The notes under the pieces: generated by a model | Databases searched by the model: none | Told to the model about the DNA's origin: nothing | Seen by the model: only the letters and a program-made list of their open reading frames with translations | Program-made: the position numbers and the translations under genes | Shown: positions 1 through 7,698 of the stretch, piece by piece | Position numbering within the stretch: position 1 is the stretch's first letter | How the letters are laid out: each line of letters begins with the position of its first letter | Virus record (IMG/VR): IMGVR_UViG_3300020050_010858 | DNA: 20,000 bases | From: an uncultured virus (IMG/VR IMGVR_UViG_3300020050_010858) | Taxonomy: Duplodnaviria > Heunggongvirae > Uroviricota > Caudoviricetes | Direction: 5' to 3' (one strand)

Positions 1-338
1 TTCACTTAGCGGTGCACGCACAGAAGCGCGGCAACTCCCGAGTCATGATTGTGCGTAAGTCGCGCCTACTCGGATTTCCAGACGGAGAGACTATGCCTCT
101 CGACTTCCTCGACTTTGCAAAGCGCTACGGCCGCGACGTTATCAACAAGGATGCGGCAATGATCGTGCTGGCTTCTACAGAACAGGTCTCAGAAATCCAA
201 CGCCTAGTGTCGGTGCTCAAGGTTGCGGACGACGAAATTCAAAAAATCTTCACAAAAGCCGGCGTCGATTCATGGCACGAGCTGACGCGAGATCAGGCTG
301 AAAAGTCAATCTCATGGCTTAAATCCAAACTTAACTAA
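1..338 (+). CDS. 5'-truncated phage protein, probably the C-terminus of an AAA-family NTP-binding recombination protein
   Basis: Frame open from the window edge; lies directly upstream of a DUF669/SSB-like gene, a common pairing. No Walker motif in the visible part. Confidence 0.45.
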   Translation, partial: HLAVHAQKRGNSRVMIVRKSRLLGFPDGETMPLDFLDFAKRYGRDVINKDAAMIVLASTEQVSEIQRLVSVLKVADDEIQKIFTKAGVDSWHELTRDQAEKSISWLKSKLN

Positions 339-342
339 TTCA

Positions 343-816
343 ATGAAATTCACACCTAAAACCCAGGAACAAATCGACACGGAAAATCTACTGCCAGAGG
401 GCGCATACGATGCTGAAATCACGAGCGCGGAGGAGAAGACCAGCAAGAAGGGAAATCCAATGATCGAGGTCAATCTTAAGGTCTATGGCGCTAATGGAGG
501 GTTCCGCATCGTTCGCGATTGGCTGATGGAGGCGGTTCCTCACAAGCTTCTTCACTGCGCTGAAAGCCTTAACCTGCGCGCTGAATACGACGCAGGGGAA
601 ATAACATCTGTTCTATTACAAGGCAAAAGCACTGCCGTCCTAATTGGCCAGAATGCAGCAATCGGCGACTTTCGTGCGTCGAACAAGGTTATCGACTACC
701 TAACCGCCACGCAACTCGCGGACCATCGATCGCGCCCGCCAAAGGCAACAAAGCCTTCGGTAACATCGGCGGGCAATTCGCTTCCTACGTCCGAGGACGA
801 CGACATTCCATTTTGA
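343..816 (+). CDS. DUF669-like single-stranded DNA-binding protein
   Basis: N-terminal LLPEGAYDAEITSAEEKTSKKGNPMI motif; acidic SSB-type tail EDDDIPF. Confidence 0.8.
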   Translation: MKFTPKTQEQIDTENLLPEGAYDAEITSAEEKTSKKGNPMIEVNLKVYGANGGFRIVRDWLMEAVPHKLLHCAESLNLRAEYDAGEITSVLLQGKSTAVLIGQNAAIGDFRASNKVIDYLTATQLADHRSRPPKATKPSVTSAGNSLPTSEDDDIPF

Positions 817-827
817 GGGTCTAAGCC

Positions 828-1298
828 ATGCGTCGCAAATCCAAATTATCAGGCAAGCTCAGGAAGTCCTCAGGTTGGGACAGGCATAGCGAACAGCGAA
901 AGGCGGTGCGCTGCCTCTGCATTCGGAAATATTGCCGACGAACACCCAGGCGAAACCGGCGGGTTTGCGACACTTGCGACTCGCGAGAGAAGTTTGCGAA
1001 GCACCCAATCTTGCGACTTTTCCACAACCTAAAGACTCACGCAAAGATGCGAAAGAAGCCCTTCGCTCTGAAATACGAATGGTTCAAAAAGTGGGCGATC
1101 CGCTGCGGATACGATCGCCTACACGGCACGTCGGCAAGCTCCCTTACTGTAGATCGTCGCGACCACAAAAAAGGCTATGTCGTCGGAAATATCCGGCCTC
1201 TTTCTCATTCGGAAAACTCGCGCAAAGGATATTTCGAGCGCTTCGAGAAACCCTGGGAAGTCGCTTCCTCACCATCAGATTATCCACACCCATTCTAA
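828..1298 (+). CDS. HNH-like endonuclease
   Basis: LTVDRRDHKKGYVVGNIRPLSHSENSRKG resembles the DR.D..KGY..GN beta-beta-alpha-metal motif; Cys pairs near the N-terminus. Confidence 0.65.
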   Translation: MRRKSKLSGKLRKSSGWDRHSEQRKAVRCLCIRKYCRRTPRRNRRVCDTCDSREKFAKHPILRLFHNLKTHAKMRKKPFALKYEWFKKWAIRCGYDRLHGTSASSLTVDRRDHKKGYVVGNIRPLSHSENSRKGYFERFEKPWEVASSPSDYPHPF

Positions 1299-1302
1299 AC
1301 CT

Positions 1303-1515
1303 ATGTTCAAAATCACTATCACGGAAATCCCTAGTCCAATCGCCCCTCGTCCAATCGCCCCTCGTCAGCTCGAAATCGGAGAGGTTGCCGAATTGCCACT
1401 AATTCAGCCGGTCGAGCGGTATTCGCAAACCGTCGATGCAATCAACCTTCCCGCTGTCATGGCGGCCGTAAATCGGCAGCCGAGGCGGAAGCGCTCTCCA
1501 AATATAAAAGCATGA
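1303..1515 (+). CDS. hypothetical protein (70 aa)
   Basis: ATG at 1303, just after the stop at 1298; stop overlaps the next ATG (ATGA). Confidence 0.6.
   Translation: MFKITITEIPSPIAPRPIAPRQLEIGEVAELPLIQPVERYSQTVDAINLPAVMAAVNRQPRRKRSPNIKA
1334..1366. repeat. 15-bp tandem duplication (GTCCAATCGCCCCTC x2), in frame
   Basis: Exact copies at 1334-1348 and 1349-1363; encodes PIAPR twice. Confidence 0.9.
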
Positions 1516-1685
1516 AATACGAGGACATGAGCCCGCCTGAAACATTCGTCTTTTTCAGAGAAGGATTCTTTTATCCCGTGGAAATTCCTGTCGAATCCAT
1601 CGCCGATAACGCCGCTCTGAATCCCGGAACGCTGCGGGTTGAAGATTTGTGCGGTCGTGTCATGTGGTCACATGCGCAGGTCTAG
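1512..1685 (+). CDS. hypothetical protein (57 aa, not in the ORF track): MKYEDMSPPETFVFFREGFFYPVEIP...NPGTLRVEDLCGRVMWSHAQV
   Basis: Translated by hand; ATGA overlap with the upstream gene; fills the 1515-1672 gap. Confidence 0.6.
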   Translation: MKYEDMSPPETFVFFREGFFYPVEIPVESIADNAALNPGTLRVEDLCGRVMWSHAQV

Positions 1686-1878
1686 GACAGTAGGGCGACC
1701 GGAACTAATCGATGAGCTCCATTTTCTCTACGGATCAACAAGCGCAAACGACCTGATGAATATTCTAACCGACCTCGCCCAAATATCCGATTTAGCCGTC
1801 GATCTATCCGACGTGCCGGATTCGGATTTGATGCGGGCTAGAAATCGCGCGCTTAACTCTGAAAGGAAGGCGGCATGA
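1672..1878 (+). CDS. hypothetical protein (68 aa)
   Basis: In-frame ATG at 1672; stop overlaps the next ATG. Confidence 0.55.
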   Translation: MRRSRTVGRPELIDELHFLYGSTSANDLMNILTDLAQISDLAVDLSDVPDSDLMRARNRALNSERKAA

Positions 1879-2204
1879 AAGTTTATGCAAAAAATCAACC
1901 TTCACCTGTGGCTTCCGCTCTACCGTACACCCAGCCTCAACGAATACAGAGTCGGACACTTCCGCCGCCGTATGAAGCTGAAAGAGGAGGCGAGGTGCGC
2001 ATTGACGTCGTCATTACTCGACGCTCTTGCCGACTACTCGACGACGACAATCTGTACGGAGGAGCGAAGCCGCTTATTGATAGCCTGCGCGAGCTTGGCC
2101 TCATCCCGGACGACGACACGAAAACGATCAAGCTTGAATGCCGGCAGGTCCGGGTCTCGAGTCGTGCACAAGAAGGTGTTGAGCTTGAAATAAAGCATCC
2201 ATAG
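1875..2204 (+). CDS. RusA-like Holliday junction resolvase, catalytic half
   Basis: VVITRRSCRLLDDDNLYGGAKPLIDSLRELGLIPDD matches D-x-D-N...K...D.L...G.I.DD; GGAAGG RBS-like sequence upstream. Confidence 0.7.
   Translation: MKVYAKNQPSPVASALPYTQPQRIQSRTLPPPYEAERGGEVRIDVVITRRSCRLLDDDNLYGGAKPLIDSLRELGLIPDDDTKTIKLECRQVRVSSRAQEGVELEIKHP
1885..2193 (+). CDS. overlapping ORF carrying the RusA-like N-terminal motif
   Basis: LWLPLYRTPSLNEYRVGHFRRRMKLK resembles the RusA L.LP..PS.N...H..R N-terminus; different frame from 1875..2204. Confidence 0.5.
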   Translation: MQKINLHLWLPLYRTPSLNEYRVGHFRRRMKLKEEARCALTSSLLDALADYSTTTICTEERSRLLIACASLASSRTTTRKRSSLNAGRSGSRVVHKKVLSLK

Positions 2205-2206
2205 TA

Positions 2207-3130
2207 ATGGCCTCACTGCCCTATATGCAGTTTTTCCCCTCCGATTGGATGGCAGATTGCCAAGTTCTGTCGTTGGCTGCGCGCGGGGCATGGCAGACGA
2301 TTATTTGTAAGGCATGGCACCCTTCCACAAGGGGTGTAATCACCATGAAATTACCGGCTATAGCCAGGCTATTAGGGGCTACCGTGGAAGAGGCGGAAAA
2401 AGCAATATGTGAGATTTCAGAAACGCAGATCGGCGACGTCAAAAACAACGAAGACGGAACGATTACCATCATTTGTCGCCGTGCAAAACGCGACTGGGAG
2501 AGTGCCGAAACTCGTCATTCTTCTCTGTCGGAGGCCGGATCTAAGGGCGCGGCAAAACGTTGGAAAAAGCCCGATAGCCAGGCCAATAGCCACCCCATCG
2601 AAAGGCCAATGGCAATCCAGAAGCTAGAAGCTAGAAGCCATATTATACCCCCAACCCCCAAAGCGAAGACGCCGAAACCCGATCGAATCCCAACCACTGA
2701 GTCAGCCAAGCGAATCGCTTCGCTCTTCGCGCGCCGTCTGACGACGGCTTGGAGCGAGAAAGAGGTCAAGGCTTTCAAGTCTCTCGGAGATGTGGTTCCA
2801 GACGACCTGGCTGCAATTGAACGCTACTATGCCGTAGAGCGCGCCAAGGGACCTGACGCCGGCCGACATCGGAGGGACCTACTAACGTTTCTGAATAACT
2901 TTCCTGGCGAAGTTGATAGGGCGAGAGCAAAACAGCCGCGCCCATGCACAGGAGCCACCTCGACGCTCGAGCTTGTTCGCCAGCGCGCCCTGGTCTTCGG
3001 GCTTGTAGCCTTCCGCGAGTGGATGCGGATTGAGTACGGCGACAGAGCTGAAGGCGAGGACGATCTACACACTGTCACTCGCGAAGGACTGATCGTCGAT
3101 TTTCTACGTTCAAAAGGAGCATTAGCATGA
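2207..3130 (+). CDS. phage replication initiator (YdaU/DUF1376-like N-terminus)
   Basis: LPYMQFFPSDWMAD...LSLAARGAW..II.KAW N-terminus; GSKGAAKRW motif; low-complexity linker with short repeats. Confidence 0.75.
   Translation: MASLPYMQFFPSDWMADCQVLSLAARGAWQTIICKAWHPSTRGVITMKLPAIARLLGATVEEAEKAICEISETQIGDVKNNEDGTITIICRRAKRDWESAETRHSSLSEAGSKGAAKRWKKPDSQANSHPIERPMAIQKLEARSHIIPPTPKAKTPKPDRIPTTESAKRIASLFARRLTTAWSEKEVKAFKSLGDVVPDDLAAIERYYAVERAKGPDAGRHRRDLLTFLNNFPGEVDRARAKQPRPCTGATSTLELVRQRALVFGLVAFREWMRIEYGDRAEGEDDLHTVTREGLIVDFLRSKGALA
2571..2640. repeat. short imperfect repeats in the initiator linker (candidate origin iterons)
   Basis: ATAGCCA x2, AGGCCAAT x2, then AGAAGCT-AGAAGCT-AGAAGCC at 2619-2639. 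Confidence 0.4.
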
Positions 3131-3155
3131 ACCCATCCGACCCTATTACAATTAT

Positions 3156-3671
3156 ATGAAAGCTCATCAAAGCAGTACTGGAAAAAACGACGAGTGGTTA
3201 ACGCCGCGATGGATATTGGAACCGCTTGGTGCGTTCGATCTCGATCCTGCCTCACCCGTGAGGCGGCCATGGCCTACCGCTCGCCATCACATGACCGTTG
3301 AGGATGATGGTCTGGCTAGCAAGTGGTTTGGTCGCGTATGGCTAAATCCTCCGTTCAACCGCTATCAACGGCCTAAGTGGATGCAGGCAATGGCGGGGCA
3401 TGGTAATGGGATCATGCTGATTCCTGCTGCCACAGAGACCGCGGCCTTTACGAAATGGGTCTGGAAAGAAGCGAATGCAGTTTGCTTTGTGGCAACCCGG
3501 CCACACTTTCACTTAGTCACCGGCGAGCGAGCAAAGGCCAACTGCGGCTGCTCAATCGCGCTAGCGGCCTATGGCGAGGACAACGCACGAATCTTAGAGC
3601 GTAGCAGGCTCGGAGCCACACTCCGCCTGCGCGCCCACCACCCAACCCATCAACCGAGTGAGCGAAAATGA
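3156..3671 (+). CDS. phage DNA N6-adenine methyltransferase (small Dam-like family)
   Basis: DEWLTP, FDLDPAS, DDGL..KW.GRVWLNPPF motifs. Confidence 0.85.
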   Translation: MKAHQSSTGKNDEWLTPRWILEPLGAFDLDPASPVRRPWPTARHHMTVEDDGLASKWFGRVWLNPPFNRYQRPKWMQAMAGHGNGIMLIPAATETAAFTKWVWKEANAVCFVATRPHFHLVTGERAKANCGCSIALAAYGEDNARILERSRLGATLRLRAHHPTHQPSERK

Positions 3672-3684
3672 GTGATGCGCAAAC

Positions 3685-3945
3685 TTGTGTTTGTCGAAAC
3701 GAGACACGCTCTGGACGCTCGCCGTGTGCGCGTTCGCTGGATGGTGGGTGTGGTGGGTGCCGCTGGCACTCTTCGCAACGCACTTCGCGCAGGATCGAAC
3801 GAACATCATCATGTGGTGGATGAAGCTGCCGTGGAAGGATCAAACCGCCTTTACAACTGGACCTTGCTCGCCGTGGTCGATCATCGTGGTCGATAACGTC
3901 TGGCACATCGTGACCCTCTACGTGGTGGCGTATGTATTGGTCTAA
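3685..3945 (+). pseudogene. 5'-truncated membrane protein, DUF3307-like C-terminal half
   Basis: THFAQDR and VDNVWH motifs in hydrophobic helices; in-frame TGA at 3673 and no good start; stop TAA lies in the first attC-like core. Confidence 0.5.
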
Positions 3946-4069
3946 CGCAGAGGTCAGGAATCCTCACCCAGAAAAACCATGAATATGAATAAAGCAATCA
4001 AAACAAAATCGGCCTCATCGAAGCCCCAAGTCGCGGCGGGTGGGGATTCCCTGGACCGCCTTGTTCGCC
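3940..4069 (-). repeat. attC-like site 1 (130 bp)
   Basis: + strand: GTCTAAC GCAGA GGTCAGGAATCCTCACCC ... GGGTGGGGATTC[C]CTG[G]ACC GCCTT GTTCGCC. Confidence 0.85.
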
Positions 4070-4386
4070 TGCGTTTGGCGATGTGGGCGGAGGGGTGGAC
4101 ATCCGAGGATCAACTCACGACAAACGGATGGGGAAGCGGACTTGGATACTCTATCTGGTTCAACCGATGGGACTGGCACGGCAAAAGGCTGACGGCCTTC
4201 CGCGCAACCTACCACGCGCACGGGCTGGCCAGGGATGGAATCCTGAGCGTCGCAGAAAAAGCGGCGGCACTGGCGCGGGAGGCGTGGGAGAGGTTCCCAG
4301 ACGAACCACCAAATCAGATGGCTCATTACGTGCTGCAATCGCCGGGGGATTATGTCTTGGCGAACGATCAGTTATGCCAGCCATGA
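3979..4386 (+). CDS. hypothetical cassette protein (135 aa)
   Basis: Start in the loop of site 1; stop in site 2, overlapping the next ATG. Confidence 0.65.
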   Translation: MNMNKAIKTKSASSKPQVAAGGDSLDRLVRLRLAMWAEGWTSEDQLTTNGWGSGLGYSIWFNRWDWHGKRLTAFRATYHAHGLARDGILSVAEKAAALAREAWERFPDEPPNQMAHYVLQSPGDYVLANDQLCQP

Positions 4387-4453
4387 GCGCCAACGACGAT
4401 CTTTTCACGCTAGAGCCAGCCGCGAAGGGCTTGGCATCAGCGTCTTGTTCAGC
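4359..4453 (-). repeat. attC-like site 2 (95 bp)
   Basis: GGCGAAC GATCA GTTATGCCAGCC ... GGCT[T]GGCAT[C]AGC GTCTT GTTCAGC. Confidence 0.85.
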
Positions 4454-4952
4454 GGTTCTTTCGAGCTGCGGACAGTATCGCTACGAGCTTTGGAGGCGAT
4501 GGGCAGAGGGGCCGCATGTGCTCTTCATAATGCTCAATCCATCGACCGCCGACGCCACGAATGACGACGCCACAATCCGCAAGTGCGTGGCTTACGCGAA
4601 GCGGTGGGGTTTCGGGGCGCTGTGCGTTGGGAACCTCTTCGCCTTCCGTGCGACTGACCCGAAGGACATGAAAGCCGCTGCCGATCCAATTGGGCCGGAG
4701 AACAACGCCACACTCGCAAGGCTGGCAAGCGAGGCAGGTGTGATCGTGGCTGCTTGGGGAGCGCATGGCACGCACATGAGCCGCGACAAGTCAGTGATGA
4801 AGATGCTGCCGACAATCAACGCCCTGCACGTCACGAAAGACGGCTCGCCGGGGCATCCGCTCTACCTCAAAGGTGACGCCACGCCCTTTCCGCTGAACGC
4901 AGAGTTAACGCGCGGCGTAGCCGTCGCGTTGAACGCCGGGTTAGAGCCATGA
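4383..4952 (+). CDS. DUF1643 family protein (189 aa)
   Basis: YRYELWRRW, FIMLNPSTAD..DD.TIRKC, NLFAFRATDP, AAWG, GHPLY motifs; ATG 4383 preferred over the track start at 4083. Confidence 0.9.
   Translation: MSANDDLFTLEPAAKGLASASCSAVLSSCGQYRYELWRRWAEGPHVLFIMLNPSTADATNDDATIRKCVAYAKRWGFGALCVGNLFAFRATDPKDMKAAADPIGPENNATLARLASEAGVIVAAWGAHGTHMSRDKSVMKMLPTINALHVTKDGSPGHPLYLKGDATPFPLNAELTRGVAVALNAGLEP
4892..4946 (-). repeat. attC-like site 3 (55 bp, minimal)
   Basis: GCTGAAC GCAGA GTTAACGCGCGGC GTA GCCG[T]CGCGTT[G]AAC GCCGG GTTAGAG; G and T extrahelical bases. Confidence 0.9.
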
Positions 4953-5362
4953 CGCACCACCGCGTGACGCCGATGGGCCAGGCGATGGGGAAGAGCGCCG
5001 CGCGACTGGCGCAGCTTGGCCGCCTACGGCTCGAAGCCGCTGGGCTGACGAACCTGAAGCTGCCCGCGATGCGCGACGAGATGTGCAAAACCTGCGCTGG
5101 TCGAGAGGGAACCGTGCCGAACGGCTGCCTGCAAACGCAGCTCGATTTTCTGAAAGCGGTGGTTGATGGTCAGAGATTTTTATGTCATTCGCCAAAAGAT
5201 GGCCGGATGTGCGCTGGTTGGGTGGCCGCACGCGCTGAGCATGTGGCAAACCCGCTGCCGAGCGAGGCTCAGGAGTTTTTAGCGCGCTGGGAATATTCAC
5301 CGCCCGATGCCGATGGCTCTAACACCACGATGAGCTGCACAGCCCCGAAGGAGGACGCATGA
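4949..5362 (+). CDS. hypothetical Cys/His-rich cassette protein (137 aa)
   Basis: CKTCA, FLCH and MCAGW motifs suggest Zn binding; ATGA overlaps at both ends. Confidence 0.7.
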   Translation: MTHHRVTPMGQAMGKSAARLAQLGRLRLEAAGLTNLKLPAMRDEMCKTCAGREGTVPNGCLQTQLDFLKAVVDGQRFLCHSPKDGRMCAGWVAARAEHVANPLPSEAQEFLARWEYSPPDADGSNTTMSCTAPKEDA

Positions 5363-5413
5363 ATCCAGAGCAAAGCGTGGACGGGGCTGTGTTAGCTCCA
5401 TCGACTGTTCGGC
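5317..5413 (-). repeat. attC-like site 4 (97 bp)
   Basis: CTCTAAC ACCAC GATGAGCTGCACAGCCCCG ... CGGGGCTGTGT[T]AGCT[C]CATC GACT GTTCGGC; loop holds AAGGAGG and an ATG. Confidence 0.85.
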
Positions 5414-5607
5414 CTATGCCGATAGAAATGAGGCGATGGCTGAAATATCAACTCGAAAAAGCAAGGCAGCCGATTCCGGAATCTGATCGCAAATATCCAC
5501 TCAGGGTCATGCTGTATGAGTCCAATCGTGAAATGATGGAGGAGTGGGATAAATGGATCGAATCGCTGCCCTCTTTTGATCAGCCGAACGATAAAATCCT
5601 GCCATGA
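5359..5607 (+). CDS. hypothetical cassette protein (82 aa)
   Basis: AAGGAGG RBS before ATG 5359; ATGA overlaps at both ends. Confidence 0.7.
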   Translation: MNPEQSVDGAVLAPSTVRPMPIEMRRWLKYQLEKARQPIPESDRKYPLRVMLYESNREMMEEWDKWIESLPSFDQPNDKILP

Positions 5608-5680
5608 CTCCCGCGCCCTTCCAGCTCGATTCTGAACCGACTCCCTCGCGGGAGTCATTGGCAGCGATGCCTTGTTGTGG
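5583..5680 (-). repeat. attC-like site 5 (98 bp)
   Basis: GCCGAAC GATAA AATCCTGCCATGACTCCCGCG ... CGCGGGAGTCAT[T]GGCAG[C]GAT GCCTT GTTGTGG. Confidence 0.9.
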
Positions 5681-6377
5681 ATCTTTGGATCTGCGCTTGG
5701 CTGACTGCATGGAGGTGATGAAAACCTTCCCGGATGGCCACTTCGACCTTGCGATAGTCGACCCGCCTTACGGACTCGGTGACGCTCTGGTCGCTGGTGG
5801 AACATGGTCGGTTAAGTATCAAGCCAAGGGGGCGAAATGGGACGTGAAGCCGGAGGCTGAATACTTCGAAGAACTCCAGCGCGTGGCGAAAAACTGGATC
5901 ATATGGGGCGCGAACTACTACTCGCAACACCTCCCGCCAACGCGGGGCTTCGTCGTCTGGCACAAGCCGAACATGGAAGGAATGCACACGATGGCGAACT
6001 GTGAGCTGGCATGGACGAGCTTCGACCGGAATGCCAAGACGGTATCAATCACGCGGCCAAACGAAGACAGAATCCACGTCTGCCAGAAGCCGGTGAAGCT
6101 CTATGACTGGCTCCTGGCAAACTTCTCGAAACCGGGCGAGCGGGTGCTGGATACGCACATGGGAAGCGGAAGCATCGCCATTGCGGCTCACTACGCCGGG
6201 GTGCATCTGACGGCCTGCGAGATCGACCCGGAATACTTCCACGCGGCCAAGGCGCGAATCGAAAAGGAGACGCGCCAAATGGACTTCTTCAATCTCCACA
6301 ACGACGGAACTCAGCGACCCGGCTCACCGGACGGGTCGCTTGCAACTGAAACGCGAAAGCCGGGTTCGCTGAAGTGA
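5604..6377 (+). CDS. N6-adenine/N4-cytosine DNA methyltransferase (beta-type motif order)
   Basis: DLAIVDPPYG catalytic motif, IIWGANYY, H..QKPVKLY, VLDTHMGSGS SAM-binding motif, EIDPEYF. Confidence 0.92.
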   Translation: MTPAPFQLDSEPTPSRESLAAMPCCGSLDLRLADCMEVMKTFPDGHFDLAIVDPPYGLGDALVAGGTWSVKYQAKGAKWDVKPEAEYFEELQRVAKNWIIWGANYYSQHLPPTRGFVVWHKPNMEGMHTMANCELAWTSFDRNAKTVSITRPNEDRIHVCQKPVKLYDWLLANFSKPGERVLDTHMGSGSIAIAAHYAGVHLTACEIDPEYFHAAKARIEKETRQMDFFNLHNDGTQRPGSPDGSLATETRKPGSLK

Positions 6378-6387
6378 CTGGTTAGAC
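6296..6387 (-). repeat. attC-like site 6 (92 bp)
   Basis: CCACAAC GACGG AACTCAGCGACCCGGCT ... AGCCGGGT[T]CGCTG[A]AGT GACTG GTTAGAC. Confidence 0.85.
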
Positions 6388-6408
6388 CACGGCAACAACA
6401 CCAAAAAT

Positions 6409-6729
6409 ATGACAAACCAAAGACTAAGAAACCTGACTACTGGCCGACTCCACACGGAAATGGGCCACATCTACGAAGACCTCGGAATCATCACCGGCGA
6501 GGAAGGGCTGATGACTCACATGCTACCGAGAGCAATGCGCGCCTGTGAACCGTGGCTGCGCGAGCACGTCACCGACCCGCGCTTCTGGGATGGCGAATAC
6601 GATACAACGCACACCGGAGAAACCGAACTCCCGACGCCAAGCGAGGCCGACCGCAAGGCGATGTTCGAGCGATACGCGGAACAACCGAATCCACTCGCTG
6701 GCAAAGAGGTCATAGGCGTAGTGGTCTAA
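6409..6729 (+). CDS. hypothetical cassette protein (106 aa)
   Basis: ATG after an A-rich leader; stop TAA lies in the GTCTAAC core at 6724-6730. Confidence 0.75.
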   Translation: MTNQRLRNLTTGRLHTEMGHIYEDLGIITGEEGLMTHMLPRAMRACEPWLREHVTDPRFWDGEYDTTHTGETELPTPSEADRKAMFERYAEQPNPLAGKEVIGVVV

Positions 6730-6786
6730 CAGGTAGAAAACCAAAGAAACTTCGTATAAACGAAAAATCACTCTGTTAAATAACCA

Positions 6787-6814
6787 TAGACATACGCGCA
6801 TGTCGTGATAGATT
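6787..6814 (+). promoter_or_regulatory. candidate sigma70-type promoter with an overlapping palindromic operator
   Basis: TAGACA (6787-6792), 16-nt spacer, TAGATT (6809-6814) preceded by TG; near-palindrome GACATACGCGCATGTC at 6789-6804; ATG at 6822. Confidence 0.4.
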
Positions 6815-6821
6815 GAATGAA

Positions 6822-7076
6822 ATGAAAGTAACAATTTGGAAAAATTTTGGAAAACGGAAAGGGCTATCTATCTCAAAAGATTGCTCGCCGATTGGACTTG
6901 TTGAAATTTGGAACAGTATTTCCAATATGGGAAATCTCAAATCTGATGCCGTATCAGATCTAATGTTCATGCGAGCCAGTAGGATGCTTCGTCTATCTAT
7001 CGAGGCTGGGGCAACTCCATTCAATCTTACTGAAAGAAAAGGATACCAAATCATCCAGGCGGAGGTTGAGTTATGA
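6822..7076 (+). CDS. hypothetical protein in AT-rich segment
   Basis: In-frame ATG at 6822 (track start is TTG 6813); ATGA overlap with the next gene. Confidence 0.6.
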   Translation: MKVTIWKNFGKRKGLSISKDCSPIGLVEIWNSISNMGNLKSDAVSDLMFMRASRMLRLSIEAGATPFNLTERKGYQIIQAEVEL

Positions 7077-7459
7077 GTGTTTATCCTGACTGTCCTCACG
7101 GGGAAGAGCAGCTTGAATCTGGTGTTCTTAACGACCCTACTCCCAAATCTATCGAGTGGGGCGATCTCGCGGATTTCGACGAAATGTTCAAGCATATTTG
7201 CGAACACTCTGACGGATTTACATATGCTCAAATGGAAACAGTTCGAGCGTGGATGCATGCGGGGATTTCGTGGAAACAAATGCAACATGTTAACGAAATT
7301 CATGATTTCAAATCCATCTTGTTAAGATGTTACAATAACGGAATTGATTCTGTAAATTTCGATGGTCGTCTTGCTTCTGAAAATAAACTAGCGACCGAAG
7401 AAATTCTGAAATTCCCAATATCCGATTGTTCGTTAAATAATAACGAGGCCTACAGATGA
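7073..7459 (+). CDS. hypothetical acidic protein (128 aa)
   Basis: GGAGG RBS upstream; ATGA overlaps at both ends. Confidence 0.65.
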   Translation: MSVYPDCPHGEEQLESGVLNDPTPKSIEWGDLADFDEMFKHICEHSDGFTYAQMETVRAWMHAGISWKQMQHVNEIHDFKSILLRCYNNGIDSVNFDGRLASENKLATEEILKFPISDCSLNNNEAYR

Positions 7460-7698
7460 AATGCCCTCAATGCGGCTACGAAATCGAGTCCCAGCAAAGG
7501 CGAGCTGCAAATTCTCGCTGGTCAAAAATGACCCCCGAACAGAAATCCGCCCAAATGTCCAAAATCCGCAAAAAGGGGATTAAGAAAAAGAAGAAACCCC
7601 TTAGCAAGAATGGATACGACAACACAGACCCCTTCCGTTGCCACCAGTGCCTTGTTAGGATGCCCGTTCTGCGGTGGCGAAGCGAGCGCAACCGGTGA
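7456..7698 (+). CDS. small basic protein with N-terminal CPQC, possibly DNA-binding
   Basis: MKCPQCG...SRWSKMTPEQKSAQMSKIRKK; the C-terminus runs into the next cassette. Confidence 0.55.
   Translation: MKCPQCGYEIESQQRRAANSRWSKMTPEQKSAQMSKIRKKGIKKKKKPLSKNGYDNTDPFRCHQCLVRMPVLRWRSERNR

Noticed and set aside
1334..1366. 15-bp tandem duplication as a functional element
   Set aside because: Only two copies, in frame, in a Pro-rich linker; most simply a slippage event.
4083..4382. 100-aa N-terminal extension of DUF1643 in the ORF track
   Set aside because: Overlaps ORF 3979..4386 in another frame and crosses a cassette boundary; ATG 4383 gives an ATGA overlap and family motifs start after it.
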